64,000 nt of DNA from Octopus vulgaris. Lineage: Eukaryota. How positions within the stretch are numbered: position 1 is the first letter of the stretch; each line of letters starts with the position of its first letter. The DNA lies in assembly GCA_951406725.2 (NCBI GenBank), contig OX597838.1, positions 6,200,001 through 6,264,000 on the forward strand, written 5' to 3'. The notes below the pieces were generated by a model that did not search any database, was not told the origin of the DNA, and worked only from the letters and a program-made list of their open reading frames with translations. The position numbers were made by a program, and so were the translations under genes. Below are positions 12,257-25,352 of the stretch, piece after piece.

Positions 12257-12340
12257 TGCGTAGTTTCGGCATTTCCCATTGCCTCATCAATTAAGACATC
12301 TCGACTACGGCTGTTTCCGGACTCGTTTTGCCTCATGAGG
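12257..12340 (-). ncRNA. Two decayed hammerhead-like motifs in tandem
   Basis: Minus strand reads CTCATGA-GGC..GTCC-G-GAAAC-AGCC-GTA, then TTGATGA-GGCA-atgggaaa-TGCC-GAAAC. Both cores are mutated and stem I cannot be recovered. Confidence 0.35.
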
Positions 12341-13190
12341 CTCCCAAATCCTGCTGCATGTCACTTCGGTTCACCTTTGTCGTCTACGCATGTTAAGTGT
12401 AGCCATTCCCATTTTTTTTCATTGTTAAATTTGGTCTGAATAACGGTTTCACACTTCTTTGATGTTAGAATAGAAATATATTTTACAGTGTAACGAGTAG
12501 GGCACCCTTTGACGAAGATTATTCAACAGAATTAATATCGTTATTGTATTCTCACGGGCTCTCTATATACAGGACAGAAACATATAACTACCGAAAATTA
12601 AGAAGCAATTAAAATTCTATTCGAAAAGTTATAGAATTATGTGTCTCTAATTAATTGAAACTGCATAGATGACTTGTAAAATCTGACGTTTCAGTGCTTA
12701 AAATTATATGCAGCAATTATTCAAGTCTTTTCACGATAAAAGCAATAATAACAATGGTACTCGAGCAGACATGGAGAGGGAGATGCATGAGGTGAATACG
12801 GTTTAAGTCACTGATCGATACATATTTTATTGATCCTTATGAAAGGTAAGTAGATTCGATGTAGATGCTTATCCCCCAAGTAATCGCTAATTGAATCGAA
12901 TTTTGATCGGAAGGTTTGTATGCTACGATTCACAATTTATTTGTTTGTCTTTTTTTCTTACTGTCAATGAATGCCTTTGGTTTACGTTATCCTCTTTGCC
13001 AGTTGGCATTTTAAGAAGGTTGAGAATGATTTTGGCCATATCTGGCCATTATTTGCAGTAGTTTGATTTATATCCGTGCGTACATATCTAGGAACACATG
13101 CCACGCATTCATATAAACATATATATATATATAATAGATCGTTAGCCACTACACACATTTTTTTTCTCTCCTTGTTTTTTTTTTGTGTCC

Positions 13191-13226
13191 CTTTCTGTAG
13201 AAGAGCCTAGGCTCGAAACGTAAAAG
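13191..13226 (+). ncRNA. Minimal hammerhead-like motif, non-canonical core (copy 1)
   Basis: CTTT-CTGTAGAA-GAGC-ctag-GCTC-GAAAC-GTA-AAAG: stem I CTTT/AAAG, stem II GAGC/GCTC, loopless palindromic stem III ACGT. Core is CUGUAGA+A rather than CUGANGA. Confidence 0.5.
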
Positions 13227-13368
13227 ACTATCTATTCCTGAGCGTTATACTAATACATATGTTGGTTTTGTGACCAGCGATATATAGCAGCATCGATTAG
13301 TCTGTTCGATATTACAATGTGTGTGTGTGTGTGTATATATTTTTTTCTCTCATTGTTTTTTCTGTGTC

Positions 13369-13406
13369 CCTTTCTGTAGAAGAGCGTAGGCTCGAAACGT
13401 AAAAGG
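13369..13406 (+). ncRNA. Minimal hammerhead-like motif, non-canonical core (copy 2)
   Basis: CCTTT-CTGTAGAA-GAGC-gtag-GCTC-GAAAC-GTA-AAAGG. Confidence 0.5.
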
Positions 13407-14261
13407 CTTTTTCTATTCCTGAGCGTTATACTAATACATCTGTTTGTTTTGTGACCAGCGATATATATCAACATCGAATAGTCTGTTCGAAATCACAATG
13501 TGTGTGTGTGTGCATATGTGTGTGTGCGGGCGCGTAGGCGTTCCAACATCCTCCAGCATTTCTCTGTGGAATTGTTGTAAACAAATCTTCATATCCGTTT
13601 GTTATTCTTTAAGCTCTTACTATAATATAAATAAGGTTGTTTTGGCATGGTTCACCACTCCTTAAAATACTAGTTCTCTCACGTTCTTTTTCTCTCCCAA
13701 CAGAACATACATTGAATTACTATTTAAGTCTATCATAAACTTCAGCCTAAGTGCATGCGCTAGGCCAATTTGGCGGCTGGTCAAAGTCTTTGATTTGTTT
13801 ATATTTCCTTCTTAACCTGCTATTGTGTCTTTATGTCTTTTCTTTCTCTCATTTCTTTCTTTCCCCGTAAAGTTATGCTGTAACAAAGTCGAGTAATTTA
13901 GATATTGCTGTTACTTTTCTTATTGTTTTTATCTTTTCTTACGAAATTTATTTATCGTCTCACAATGTAAACTTATTCAATGTGTTAACGAGCGTTATAT
14001 TTTTAATCCACACTCCCAATTCTTTCCTTGTGTCTCCATATTCACCTCTCCTTTCCGATGTTCTTCCACTAACTTCCTTTCATACGTATCTGTTCAATTC
14101 TGTCTTGACTTCGTTAATTTTTTTAAATTGTTCTTCTATCTGCTCCACAAGTTTCTAGGTCCGAAGAAATTGTTCGTTTCACTCTACACCCCGAAGCCTC
14201 AAGGTTCAAATACCTACTTTTCTAAAGTCGTAGAGCAATTTACGATTTAACGTAACTGCTA

Positions 14262-14665
14262 TACTCTCTTTTACTCTTTACTTGTTTCAGTCATTTGAAT
14301 TTGGCCATGCTGGAGCATCGCCTTTGGTCGAGTAGATCGACCCCAGGACTTATTCTTTGTATGCCTAATACTTACTTTATCGGTCTCTTTTGCCAAACCG
14401 CTGAGTTACGGGAACGTAAACACACCAGCATCGGTTGTACAGCGATGTTGAGGGGGGAGGGTCAAACACTGACACACACACACACACACGTATATATATA
14501 TTTTCACATATATATGACGGGCTTCTTTCAGTTTCCGTCTACCAAATTCACTCATAGGCTTTGGTCGGCCCAAGAAACTTGCCCAAGGTGTCACGCAGTC
14601 GGACCAAACCCGGAACCATGTGGCCGTTAAGGAAGCTACTTACCACACAGCCAATCGTACGCCTG
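14262..14665 (-). mobile_element. SINE family A, near full length
   Basis: CTCTTTTACTCTTTACTTGTTTCAGTCATTTG tail, TTTCAGTTTCCGTCTACCAAAT, CTACTTACCACACAGCC head. Confidence 0.88.
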
Positions 14666-15530
14666 TTTATGTACAGTTCCTCTTTATCTACGTGAATCAG
14701 AAGCATTTTCACAGGTTATATTTTATCGTGGATTTACTTGTATTGTGTTTCCTGTAACAGTGAATCCCAACTCTGTATGTCCTGGATATGTCTTCAATCT
14801 TACACCGATAGTGGAACCATTGCTGCAAGATCTACGGCTTTGAGGAGTGTGGAAACACATCCACTATTGTTCCGAGGTCAAATCGGAGCAGAATTGATAG
14901 CACCTGTCAGGGACTCAGTTATGTTTTAATTAGCATGCTACTGAAGCAACGTCAAGCACAAACCATCAATGGCTTTCAAGTACTTTGGGCAGGTAAATGC
15001 TGGTCTATCAATCTCGTTGACAAATCAAGGAGTGAAGTCATATATATTTTTCTCTGTATGTGTGTGTGTCACACTAGCGCTGGTTTCTTTATGTCCCCGA
15101 AACTTAGCGATATGGCAAAAGTGAGAAATCGAATACGACCCGTCTTTACAAATGCAGGTTATTTGTCGATTAAACCCATCAAAGTTCCCTGTCATAACCG
15201 CGAAGCAATTCTTCGAAGAAGTAAAAGCAAAGAACCCTAAAATTGATAAATTTTACTGTTTCTACACAATGTGTTTGAAATTATTATGATAAATATATCG
15301 GTAGCAGCAGGTGAAAGTGGTTCTTTGAGTACATCCTACTTAGGTTGTAAATTTTTATATCAATTTGCTGCTTGTATGAAATGCCTTCTGCTTCTAAATT
15401 TAAAATTTATCTCGTGACATTTTTTTCTGATCCATTGTCACAGACTATTCTATATATGATATTTAGTTCATACTTGGTGTCTTGTTTTATAATCTGCTAT
15501 CTTCACAGCAGTGTAGAACACTATCTATCT

Positions 15531-15565
<35 letters not shown>

Positions 15566-15575
15566 GCGCGCGCGC

Positions 15576-16065
15576 ATTCGGTCATCGCACAGATAATGCA
15601 GTTGATTTAATTGCATGAAATAAAGGTCGGGGGAGAAGGGGATAAAATACCTGCATCAACTTGCTATAAGAGTAGGTAGTAATTTTAACGTGCATTTATT
15701 CTTAGTGCAAATTTTGAAAAGTGCAGTTCGATTTTAACATCTATTTTTTTAAAGCTATAATGGAAGTGACAAAATAGCAAATTCCGCATATTTTGCTTTA
15801 TGATTTCAATAAAGGCCAGAACGCAAAGAATATTGAAAGAAAAGTTATTGCATTATATGGGGATCGTACAAGAAAGGTAAACGAGTGTGAAGGGTGGTTC
15901 AAAAAATTCCAAGCCTGAAACTACAACCTAGAAGACGAGCCTCGTCCTGGAAGATCTGTAGAGCTCGACAACGATGTCCTGCAAAACCTGGCGGAGCAAA
16001 ATCCCCTTATAACTATTAAAGAACTAGCAGAGAAGCCTGGATTTGGTCATTCAAACAGTCATTCA
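15576..16065 (+). mobile_element. mariner transposon 5' remnant (pseudogenised N-terminal HTH region)
   Basis: From ATG at 15760: MEVTK*QIPHILLYDFNKG...WFKKF...LEDEPRPGRSVELDNDVLQNLAEQNPLITIKELAEK, with stops and frameshifts. Putative TIR start ATTCGGTCATCGCACAGATAATGC. Confidence 0.85.
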
Positions 16066-18615
16066 AGTCAGCGGTGGGCGGAAAATGAGTATCTGTGTTC
16101 ACCATGTTGTATCGAAAGGTTCACGGATCCACAAATACTTAGATATACACGTTTTCCTTGATTCTCGCATCTGCGAAAGTTTACAGATTTTAATGTAATT
16201 TGAGCTTTAATAAAAAAGATAAGTGGGAAAAAAATGATAAACCAGAATAAATGAGATTTAATGTAATTTTAATTAGGGAATTAATTCTTTAGGAGATATG
16301 TAATACCAATGTGAGAGATAGTTTTGTATGGAGTGGTTGAAATTCGGTATCTCGGAATTAAATAGCAGGTGAAGTGAATCCCATAATAGAAAGATTTGGC
16401 GGTTTAGAGAATTTAATTAAATTAGGGTAAGATAAAATATTCGTACGAGTAATGAATCTAATGAAATACTTATATACCGCCTCCCCCCACACCAGCGCAG
16501 ATGTATATTTGTCAGATACAATGCTTCAGTCATTGTACTGTGTTCATGCTGGTGCACAACCTTGGAACCTGGTAGTTATCCTACGGAGGGGAATTAGACA
16601 GACTAGCACCTGTGTGTGTATGTGTGTCTCTGTATGTGTATCTGTGTGTATCTCTGTGTGTGTCTCCTTGTGTGTGTCTCCGTGTGTGTGTGTCCGTGTG
16701 TGTGTCTCCGTGTGTCTGTGTAAAAATACTTGTCACCGTTTAAGCGAATCCGTTTTCACTTTTCTTTTCTAACAATGACGTGTTTAAAAATTCCTGCCTT
16801 CTAAAAACACATTTCAAAAGATTAACTTTCTCTGGCTGCTGGACACTGAAAGCATTATTTGCTCAAATACATGTGGCCTCTATACCAAATGTTGAAAGCA
16901 TTTTCCCTACAATACATGACAATTAAACAATAAAAAACACTGTGCCTTTCTGTTCCTATAAAATAAACCAGTGGAATGCTTGTATTTGTGATTGGCCAGT
17001 AAACATCATATATGCCCTTAAAATATTTATTTATCAAAGCAAATCACGGATACTAACTTCTCAGTTGTATAAAATATTAATAAAATAAACCAGAAATCCA
17101 AGCGGACTAAATGTATTTTCTACAAAATTTTTATCATCGTATATTGTGATGTTCTTGTTGGTTTGGAAATTGTAACCTGAGTGGTCCCACTTTCTGATGA
17201 AAAGTCAGCTGGAGACTGTATTATTTCGTATTATACCATAGCGAATAATAAAATCGTGTCCGTAACAAAATATATATTTTTAAAATGTACTTAGTTACGT
17301 TACTCCATCAGAAGTACATTGATTTGTCGGGAAAGGTAGGAAATTCAATTAGATTTTATCAGTTTTATATTAGATTTTGACTAATATAAAACAAAGACAA
17401 TACGGATTCCAAAAGCAAATCATATCCTCATGTCTCAGAAAGTGTAAAACCGATGATTAGAGATATAACTGCACAAAGCTAAAAGGAAATTCGGAAAAGT
17501 TACAAAACAAAAAAATAAAATAAAATACATCAAAGTCATGCTCTTTTCGAAAATAAAACTATGAAAATATTTTTTTCTGCCAGTTGTATGAGCTACGTTT
17601 TAGGATTTTCATAAAATGAAAAGAAAACAATATCTCCTTCAAAAAAAAAAAAAAAAAAGATCTTTTAAAAATCAAAAAAGTATCATGGTTTATGGTTTGG
17701 AGATATGATTAAAGTGCGATAACGCCGGAGAATCGTTCCCACGGACCGTTTGTATATTACTTCGATCAGACTTATCCCTGAAGAATATCGAGTGCCGATT
17801 TGGGCGAACAACTTGAATCCTTATGACGTTGTAATTATCCGGGTTTGTTAAACACTAACTCAGTGTCACCACTGATTTATATTTAAACGAAAAGGACAGT
17901 TCAAACGTAAAATAAATGTGATAGAGAGTAGATTCTTGGTACACTTAAATTAACCCCGCTTTCAAAGGAATGTAAGAAACGGCTTCCTGGTAATTAGTTA
18001 TGGCTGAAAAAAAAAATTATAACGTGTAAATTATTTTGCATGTGTCTCTGTAAAACCTCTAATTTTGTTTCTTAGCGTGTTGTATATCTCCTACAAATAT
18101 CGGAAGTTTCTTATGATGTTTTTCAGACAAGGAATGAAGAGCAAGACAAAACAAAGTAATGACATATAATATGAAAATAATAGCAGCACAATATATATAT
18201 ATATATATATATTAGATACAGTAGATTCAAAGTTTCAGTTATGCTGTAAGATATCCCTGGATCCTTGATATTTTCTCCATCCAATAATCGATATAGCTTC
18301 GAATATCTTTATAATACTTCCGACCGAATTTTTCTAAGGTGATTAATACAGTTTATTCCTTGCTATTGGTATCTGTGATTTTAAGGTCAATATGACACGA
18401 CTATTACACGTCAACACTCACGGATTACAGTTTGACTGGTAAAGAATGAAGAGAGCAGACGGTGGAAAACAAGGAATAGGGGTTAGCGGGACAAACCTAC
18501 AATTGGTTGAAATATTTTTTTCGTCTAGTAACTTTGACGCTTAATTACGGTCAACGCCTTACCATTATATAAATGATCACAGATATTCCACTCCTTAAAC
18601 ATGTATTATATTTTG

Positions 18616-18664
<49 letters not shown>

Positions 18665-19230
18665 AGAACATACTCTTTGTGGAAAATAGCGATTTGACGT
18701 TTATATCTAGCATGTTGACTGTCCACTTTTCGTGTTCAGTCCTTTAAATTTTGTATGTAAAAATATTTTAATGTTCGGATTCTTTTTAATATGCTGGGCC
18801 ACTGGTTTTAATCGACTAATATCAATTTCTACCCTTATTAAATTTATATATATATTACGTATATACAGAGAGAGAGAGAGAGAGAGAGAGGGAGAGCAAG
18901 TGAGTGTGTGATATGTAGATAGATAGATAGAATTATCTCTCCAGTATTTTCGCTGGCAGGTCGCTGCACGTTACACCAGAATGTTCAAGCCGTTGATGGA
19001 TAAATATCTTAGGTTCCTTTCTCCTGTTGTTTCCCCACATCAACATGTAACCCACATCTCCTCATCGTTGCTACGAAAGCTATGTCTACAGAATCTCAAT
19101 CTTCAATGTGTAATACTGAACCTAAAAAGTAAGAAATCTTGAATTATACCCATTAAAAGTATCTACTGATTTCCCTCACATGTTTATAGCTTATAAAAGA
19201 CTATGAATGTAGTCATAATATCGATATGCT

Positions 19231-19385
19231 AAGGCGGCGAGCTGGCAGAAACGTTAGCCGAGGTCGACTTTGCTTTTCGTCCTTTCGTGGTCGATAAATT
19301 AAATACTAGCTGCGTACTAGGGTCGATTTAATCGACTGGCCCCCTTCCCCAAAATTTCGGGCCTTGTGCCTAGATTAGAAAAGAA
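19231..19385 (+). mobile_element. SINE family B with internal deletion, tail type 1
   Basis: AAGGCGGCGAGCTGGCAGAAACGTTAG joined directly to CCGAGGTCGACTTTG; tail GGCCTTGTGCCTAGATTAGAAAAGAAT. Confidence 0.85.
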
Positions 19386-19396
19386 TATTTTAAAAT

Positions 19397-19745
19397 CGGT
19401 GAGTTGGCAGAAATGTTAGCACGCCGGGTTAAGTTTTTAGCAGTATTTCCTCTACTGCTACGTTCTGAGTTCAAGTTCCGCCGAGGTCGTCTGGGCCTTT
19501 CGTCCTTTCGGGGGTCGATTAAATAAGTACCAGTTACGCACTGGGGTCGATATAATCGACTTAATCCGTTTCTCTGTCCTTGTTTGTCCTATCTGTGTTT
19601 AGCCCCTTGTGGGTAGTAAAGAAATAGGTATTTCCTCTACCGCTACGTTCTGAATTCAAATTTCGCCGAGGTCATCTTTGTCTTTCGTCCTTCGGAGTCG
19701 ATAAAGTAAGCACCAGTTGCGTGCTGGGGTTCGATCATATCGACA
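19397..19745 (+). mobile_element. SINE family B dimer (tail-2 monomer followed by a second body)
   Basis: Full monomer ending GGGTAGTAAAGAAATA, then GGTATTTCCTCTACCGCTACGTTCTG and a second body. Confidence 0.85.
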
Positions 19746-20284
19746 TTGTATCACTAACTGTAAGTCTTTTTTTTTTTTTTCACTTCCTTATATAGAACCT
19801 TGAAACAAATACGTTCTGCATGAATAGATATCATCCTTATAGCTATGAAATATTTATTCATCTAATTAATTTAATAGCATGTTCTCGTAATTGACTTTAA
19901 ACCTTCCATTTAATGCTGGTTTCAGTGAGATTGATAGCTACCGTGAAAACGTTATATGTAAAAGCAATGGCTGATGATTTTTGCGTAATTCCCGTTTCTT
20001 CCGTTTATGTTCTTCCATATCTTTTTACGTCCTCTATTCAAACAGCGTCACACATCTTAAGAGACTCTTTACATCTGCTGTAGAAGGTTAGAAGCTATCA
20101 ACAATATCTTTAGGCCTAACCTCCAGCAACTCTTCTCGTCCAGAGATTGGGTTTATTGCAAATACTGTGACTTGCGTAGGTGCCTCTAAGCTTCTACTGT
20201 ATCGATGTCTCCGTGTATGTCTGCGATATAATTCACACACACACACAAACATATATTGTGTGTTTTATCTCGTTCTCTCTCTCA

Positions 20285-20291
20285 TATACAT

Positions 20292-20372
<81 letters not shown>
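20285..20372. repeat. (CA)/(TA)n microsatellite
   Basis: Direct observation. Confidence 0.9.
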
Positions 20373-20374
<2 letters not shown>

Positions 20375-23300
20375 GTGTGTGCGTGTAAGCACACCCACAC
20401 ACTCCTCAGCACGATTGAAGATGAGGGCAAATATAATTAGCCTCGGTGTCATTTGTAATAGTCAGGGAAATCAATATACCGATAAATCTATAACTATGGA
20501 TTAATCGATACGGCGATAGAAAGCTTCATAGATATATGCAGTAATATATTATCAAACACACACAGGCGCACAAACTCAGATTGACGCACACCACACGTAT
20601 CCGCACACACAAGCACATACCCACATCGGTGTGTGTATACAGAGGGATGGATATTTACAGAGATATAAGAGGGAGGAAAAACGAGATCGAAAAATGATTG
20701 GATAATATGACAAACACAGATTAACAAATACACCACTTCATATGTCTGTATGTCATCATGATGAATGTGTTGGATTATCTTGACGTAATGGAAACTATAA
20801 CATAACACGTCTGATATAACAACGGGCATCAATGTCTGAAGTATACCCACAGACACATGGATATATCAATGCCATGTCTCTCTCTCTATCTATCTATCTA
20901 TCTATCCACTCTCTTTCACTCTCTCTCACTCTCTCTCTCTCTCTTTCTCCGTCGTTGTAGTTCAGTCTCGCTACAAAGGAACATCCGCAAGTGTCTTCCA
21001 AACTATCCTGGAGTTGACCAAAGTTTTGTGCGTGCATGGATAATTATAAACTAAAATACGGCTACCGTATGAAGATGTGCATGTATGTATGTGTCTTCTA
21101 TTTTTTAATTAGTATAAATCTTCCACAGAAGAGAGAGCTGGTTCCCGACGAATATACACGTCCAATTCAAAGTCATTCATTGAATTAACAAATTCATCAC
21201 ACTAAATTAGCTTGTTGATATCAGGACCATCAAACATTCTTGCTTTCAGTTTTTCGGTGCTAAATCTTGGAAAGGAATTACATAATGAGTACCTGATTTT
21301 TGGATACGAAATAAGCTACCCAAAACATATTTTTGAATTACATGTATTTATTTTATATACATATAAGAGTTAACTTCATGTTCCATACTGGCATTGGGTT
21401 GGAGAGTTGTTAATGTAGAAAGCTTGTGTCTCAGCTATAACCAGTTGAGACATACGTGATATAGACGGCATTTAAAAAATTCTTTACTCTCTTTAATGTT
21501 TAACGAAAGCGCTCTCATACTACAAAACATTTTTCCCACAAAAGCTTAGAAATATCCTCATTGCATTTTTAAAAAGGATAATCTGTTGAGTAAAATCACT
21601 TCAAAAACTGTAGTAAGTAATCCTCATTGACTTTGAAATATATATATATATATATCAATAAATCCATAAAAAAACGTACCCAAGGCTCGTTACATAAATT
21701 CCAATCAAAGAAATTTAATCCTGCGTTAATGTCTGGCTCGATCTGCAATGTATGGTTATTGGGTGAATAACGAAAAAATGTACCAAAATATGTACATACT
21801 CATATATTTGTGTATGTATGTTTCTGTCTTTCTGTATATATATATATATATGCGTATATGTGTGTGTATACAACTATGTATACATATATCTATATTTGTG
21901 CGTGCATATATATATATATATATATGTATATATAATGTTGTTGTTTATATAAAACATATACAACCCGTTGTATTTTCAATACACACACACACAGAAATAT
22001 TTTTTTTTTTCATAACAGGTTGACGTTAACGATTTTAAACGCGTTTTTGAACTGCCAGTAATGGGGAACAACCTCATATTTATGAGGCACGTTAGAAAAA
22101 AAAAATACGAAACAACATTAGCTCTGGCGGAACGGATATTATGGAAACGATATACGGCGCTTGGGCGTTTGTGTGTTGCAGCGGATAGTTTTGTGTATTT
22201 GTATTTGTATCTACCATGGCGGTGTGTTTTATGGGTGTGAACATTCGTAAAGATATTTTTAACAATAGAATAGTAAATATGTTTCGCTGCCTGAATGCAT
22301 CTCACACGTTCTATAAAATATATTTCGTAATTAGATGACTCAGTTTTTCGTAATCATTTGCAAAAAAAAAAAAAAATAAGAGAGAAAGGAGAAAAGCAAT
22401 TGGCCATAAAATGGCGCTTCTATGGGCATCGATAATCCACTCTCATTAAATTCGCAAAACAGAAAAGTCAAGGAAGTAATACAATAAATCATACGATCCC
22501 TGTATTAGATCTGAAACTAAGCGCTGTGCCTATATCCAGAGAGATTGCAGCCTTAGTTATGTACATAATAGCAAGGTTGGCAGTAGAAAAATGTTGCATC
22601 GTATTGGCAAGCTGTGTTTAATAGCTTCCAGGTACCTAAAGCTACGGACACTGAAAGATGAAATAGATATTATCGTAGCAGTTAAAGAAAAAAAGCACTA
22701 CATTTATGTGTGTATGCACACACAATATATACATACATATACACATATATATTTTACTCCTGTATGTATTCGTTTCCTCTGTGTGTATATACTGAGGTAT
22801 CTTATTTCTCTTCCATTGTAAATTTTACGATCGTAAAAGTATGAAAAGCGCTGTACTCTACTTATGTCTTATAATATCTCTCTCTCTCTTCCTCCCTCTA
22901 TCTATCTCTTTATCATTTATCTACCTTTATCTCTTTCTTTCTCTCTCTGTATATATCGATGTGTATGTACGCACACTTGTTTTTTGTAGTTACATGTGTA
23001 TGCATTTTCGTGAATGTGTATGTGTGTATGTGTAATTGTGTGTTTTTATTGTGCACATTGTATTTAAGGAAACAAAACTATAAACAGAATAAATTAGGAA
23101 TAAAAATGTTCGACAAATTTAGTAGAAACTGTGCGCTGCAATGGTGAATATGGGCCTTGACGTTTCGTGTTTTAGTCCTACATGAAAAGAAATGAAAAGC
23201 GAAAATTGCTGGGGATTGAGCGAAAGCAATTGTGGAAGTATTAAAAAATAGAAATAAGGAATGAGAAGGAATGAGGAGGTTTAGAGCCCAAGAAAGAATG

Positions 23301-24136
23301 TTGTACTCCCGTTTGGGTCAAGAAGTAAGCCCAGATCGGAGAGTATCTGGCCCAGTATGGATTCACGTGTTTGAGCGCTATTGTCCTTGTGGTCTATTCG
23401 TTCGTGTACATGCGAGTAAGTATTAAAATATCCTGGTTATCTTCACAACTGTGGAAGGCGTTAGGGGAGGATTTCTGAAGGTGTGGACGCCGAATCTATG
23501 GAAATATAGATATAGAACTTCGCAGAGCAAGGGGAAATATGGTGAGTGTTAATGGTTTGTTTGCTCTGTTGATAAAAGGCAAGAGTACCTTTTGTACCAA
23601 AATTCAATATGAGAGTGTCACTCAAAGTAACTTCAACAGTATAATTTTCTTATCAAAAAGACATCGGCGTTTACGTGGGGATAAATATTACCTGACAGTA
23701 TTAATTCTGCCTCTGTCGGTACCTTAGAAACTAAGACCCGAAAATACCGAGCTAAATTTTCCTATTTCGTAAGACAGTATATTTAGTAAATAAATACATC
23801 AACACATAGAAAGACACACACAGACATTATCTTACTGCCGAATCTGTGCCTATTCACACACATACACACTATCTCATGCCCACACACACACACATGTATT
23901 TAGTATTTATGCTAACGTTATGTATTGTGAACGACCGATCAGCACACAATATGCTCTTCGTGAACAACCTGCACGCATGAGGTGGTTTATAGTGATCCAA
24001 TATTTGTGCTGCTCGCCGCATCAGAAATCTACATTGTCTGTATCAGATCAGAGTATACCTCACGACAGATTTTGAAGTGATTGTAGGTTTGCTTAAGATG
24101 CAAGGTTTTGCTCAACACACAACGATTCATCCTGCC

Positions 24137-24552
24137 TCATCATCATTGTTCGACCGTGGTCGAGACAATGGAATTTACTATGTTACGCAAGAGTTCACGG
24201 TCCATCATAGCATTACGGAGGTCCTGTTGCTGGATGCCTGTTATCCCTGGAGATTAAATTAGGTTAGGAGAGTGTGCGCCCTCTGGTATCGCGAGCAGAT
24301 GGCATCCAGAGGAGAAGAGTAGAAATTAACTCGTTTTCAGCTCTGCAACAATGTCCAGCAAACTAGAATTTTCTACCTTTCATAAGAGATGATACAGGTG
24401 GTAGTTTCCCATATATTTGTACTTTGGTTGGATGACGCTTCCACGAGAGATTTTGAACTCTCATAAGGAAGCGAGTGTAAGTTCCATCCAACCGCCTCTC
24501 AAGCTTCTTTGATAACGTCCAGGTTTCTGAGCCATATAGTAGAATTGGTTCG
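24137..24552 (-). mobile_element. RTE-clade LINE 3' fragment (C-terminus of the RT ORF plus (TGA)n tail)
   Basis: Minus translation EPILLYGSETWTLSKKLERRLDGTYTRFLMRVQNLSWKRHPTKVQIYGKLPPVSSLMKGRKF*FAGHC...LLLW; LLYGSETW and FAGH are typical RTE motifs. Ends GTCGAACAATGATGATGA. Confidence 0.9.
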
Positions 24553-24914
24553 GTCTAGAAATTGAATCCTCCATCTATCTTGGGATAAGAGAGGCGAACG
24601 CACTATATATTTCATATATGGCACGTATGATGAGACGAAATACTTATCGAAATTTTCATAAAGTCCCAGCTCGAAACACTCATTTTACAAATGATTTTTG
24701 TTGTTTCCGTACAAAATCTTTTTTACTCTAGGAATAAGAACTGTGATTTTGTGCAGGTGGGCTAATTGATTACATCAATGAAAAGCCTCACCTTGTTCTT
24801 ACTCTAGTGACTCCAAAAAAATGGTAAAGTCATCCTCGGTCTCATTTGAACTCAGAAATTAGAGACGAGTGTTCTTAATGAAATCATATTTTAAAATGTT
24901 CATGCATCATATAT

Positions 24915-25144
24915 TTATTTCATTACTGCCCAGAAGGGGCTAAACATAGAGGGGGATAAACAAGGACAGACAAGCGGATCAAGTCGATTACATCGACCCC
25001 AGTGCGAAACTGGTACTTTATCGACCCAGAAAGGATGAAAGGCAAATTTGACCTCGGCGTAATTTGAACTCAGAACGTAACGACAGACGAAATGCCGCTA
25101 AGCATTTCGCCCGGCACGCTAACGTGTCCGCCAGCTCGCCGCCT
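24915..25144 (-). mobile_element. SINE family B, full length, tail type 2, with TSD
   Basis: Head revcomp AGGCGGCGAGCTGGCGGACACGTTAGCGTGCCGGGCGAAATGC. Flanking direct repeat ATGTTCATgcATCATATATT (24896-24915) / ATGTTCATatATCATATATT (25147-25166). Confidence 0.9.
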
Positions 25145-25209
25145 GCATGTTCATATATCATATATTGAGTTCTTTGTCTCTCAATGAAACCAGAAAACAC
25201 ACACACACA

Positions 25210-25246
<37 letters not shown>

Positions 25247-25352
25247 GTGCCCCAGCATGGCCACAGCTTGTGAGCTGAAACTAAATAAAATAAAATAAAA
25301 TAAATAAAAATATATATATAAAGAGAGACATTGATTATATATATATATATAT

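Larger units (their letters stand above)
13157..13510 (+). repeat. Direct duplication with 179-bp period (PLE-terminus-like segment plus SINE C2 tail fragment)
   Basis: GTGTCCCTTTCTGTAGAAGAGC.TAGGCTCGAAACGTAAAAG...CCTGAGCGTTATACTAATACAT...TGTGACCAGCGAT occurs twice. Confidence 0.9.

Noticed and set aside
13540-14250. Purine-rich minus strand suggesting a LINE ORF1 relic
   Set aside because: No recognisable motif and many stops.
14761-14992. Candidate exon between CCTGTAACAG and GCAG|GTAAAT
   Set aside because: All three plus frames contain stops and the peptide is unrecognisable; a non-coding exon cannot be assessed without RNA data.
22000-22240. Strong polypyrimidine-AG acceptor followed by an open frame (VDVNDFKRVFELP...)
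   Set aside because: No convincing donor site and no recognisable protein; such sites are common in T-rich DNA.
24426-24493. Extended hairpin resembling a pre-miRNA (GGTTGGATG/CATCCAACC, CGCTTCC/GGAAGCG)
   Set aside because: It lies inside the RTE coding frame (RLDGTYTR...SWKRHP) and has a large asymmetric bulge.
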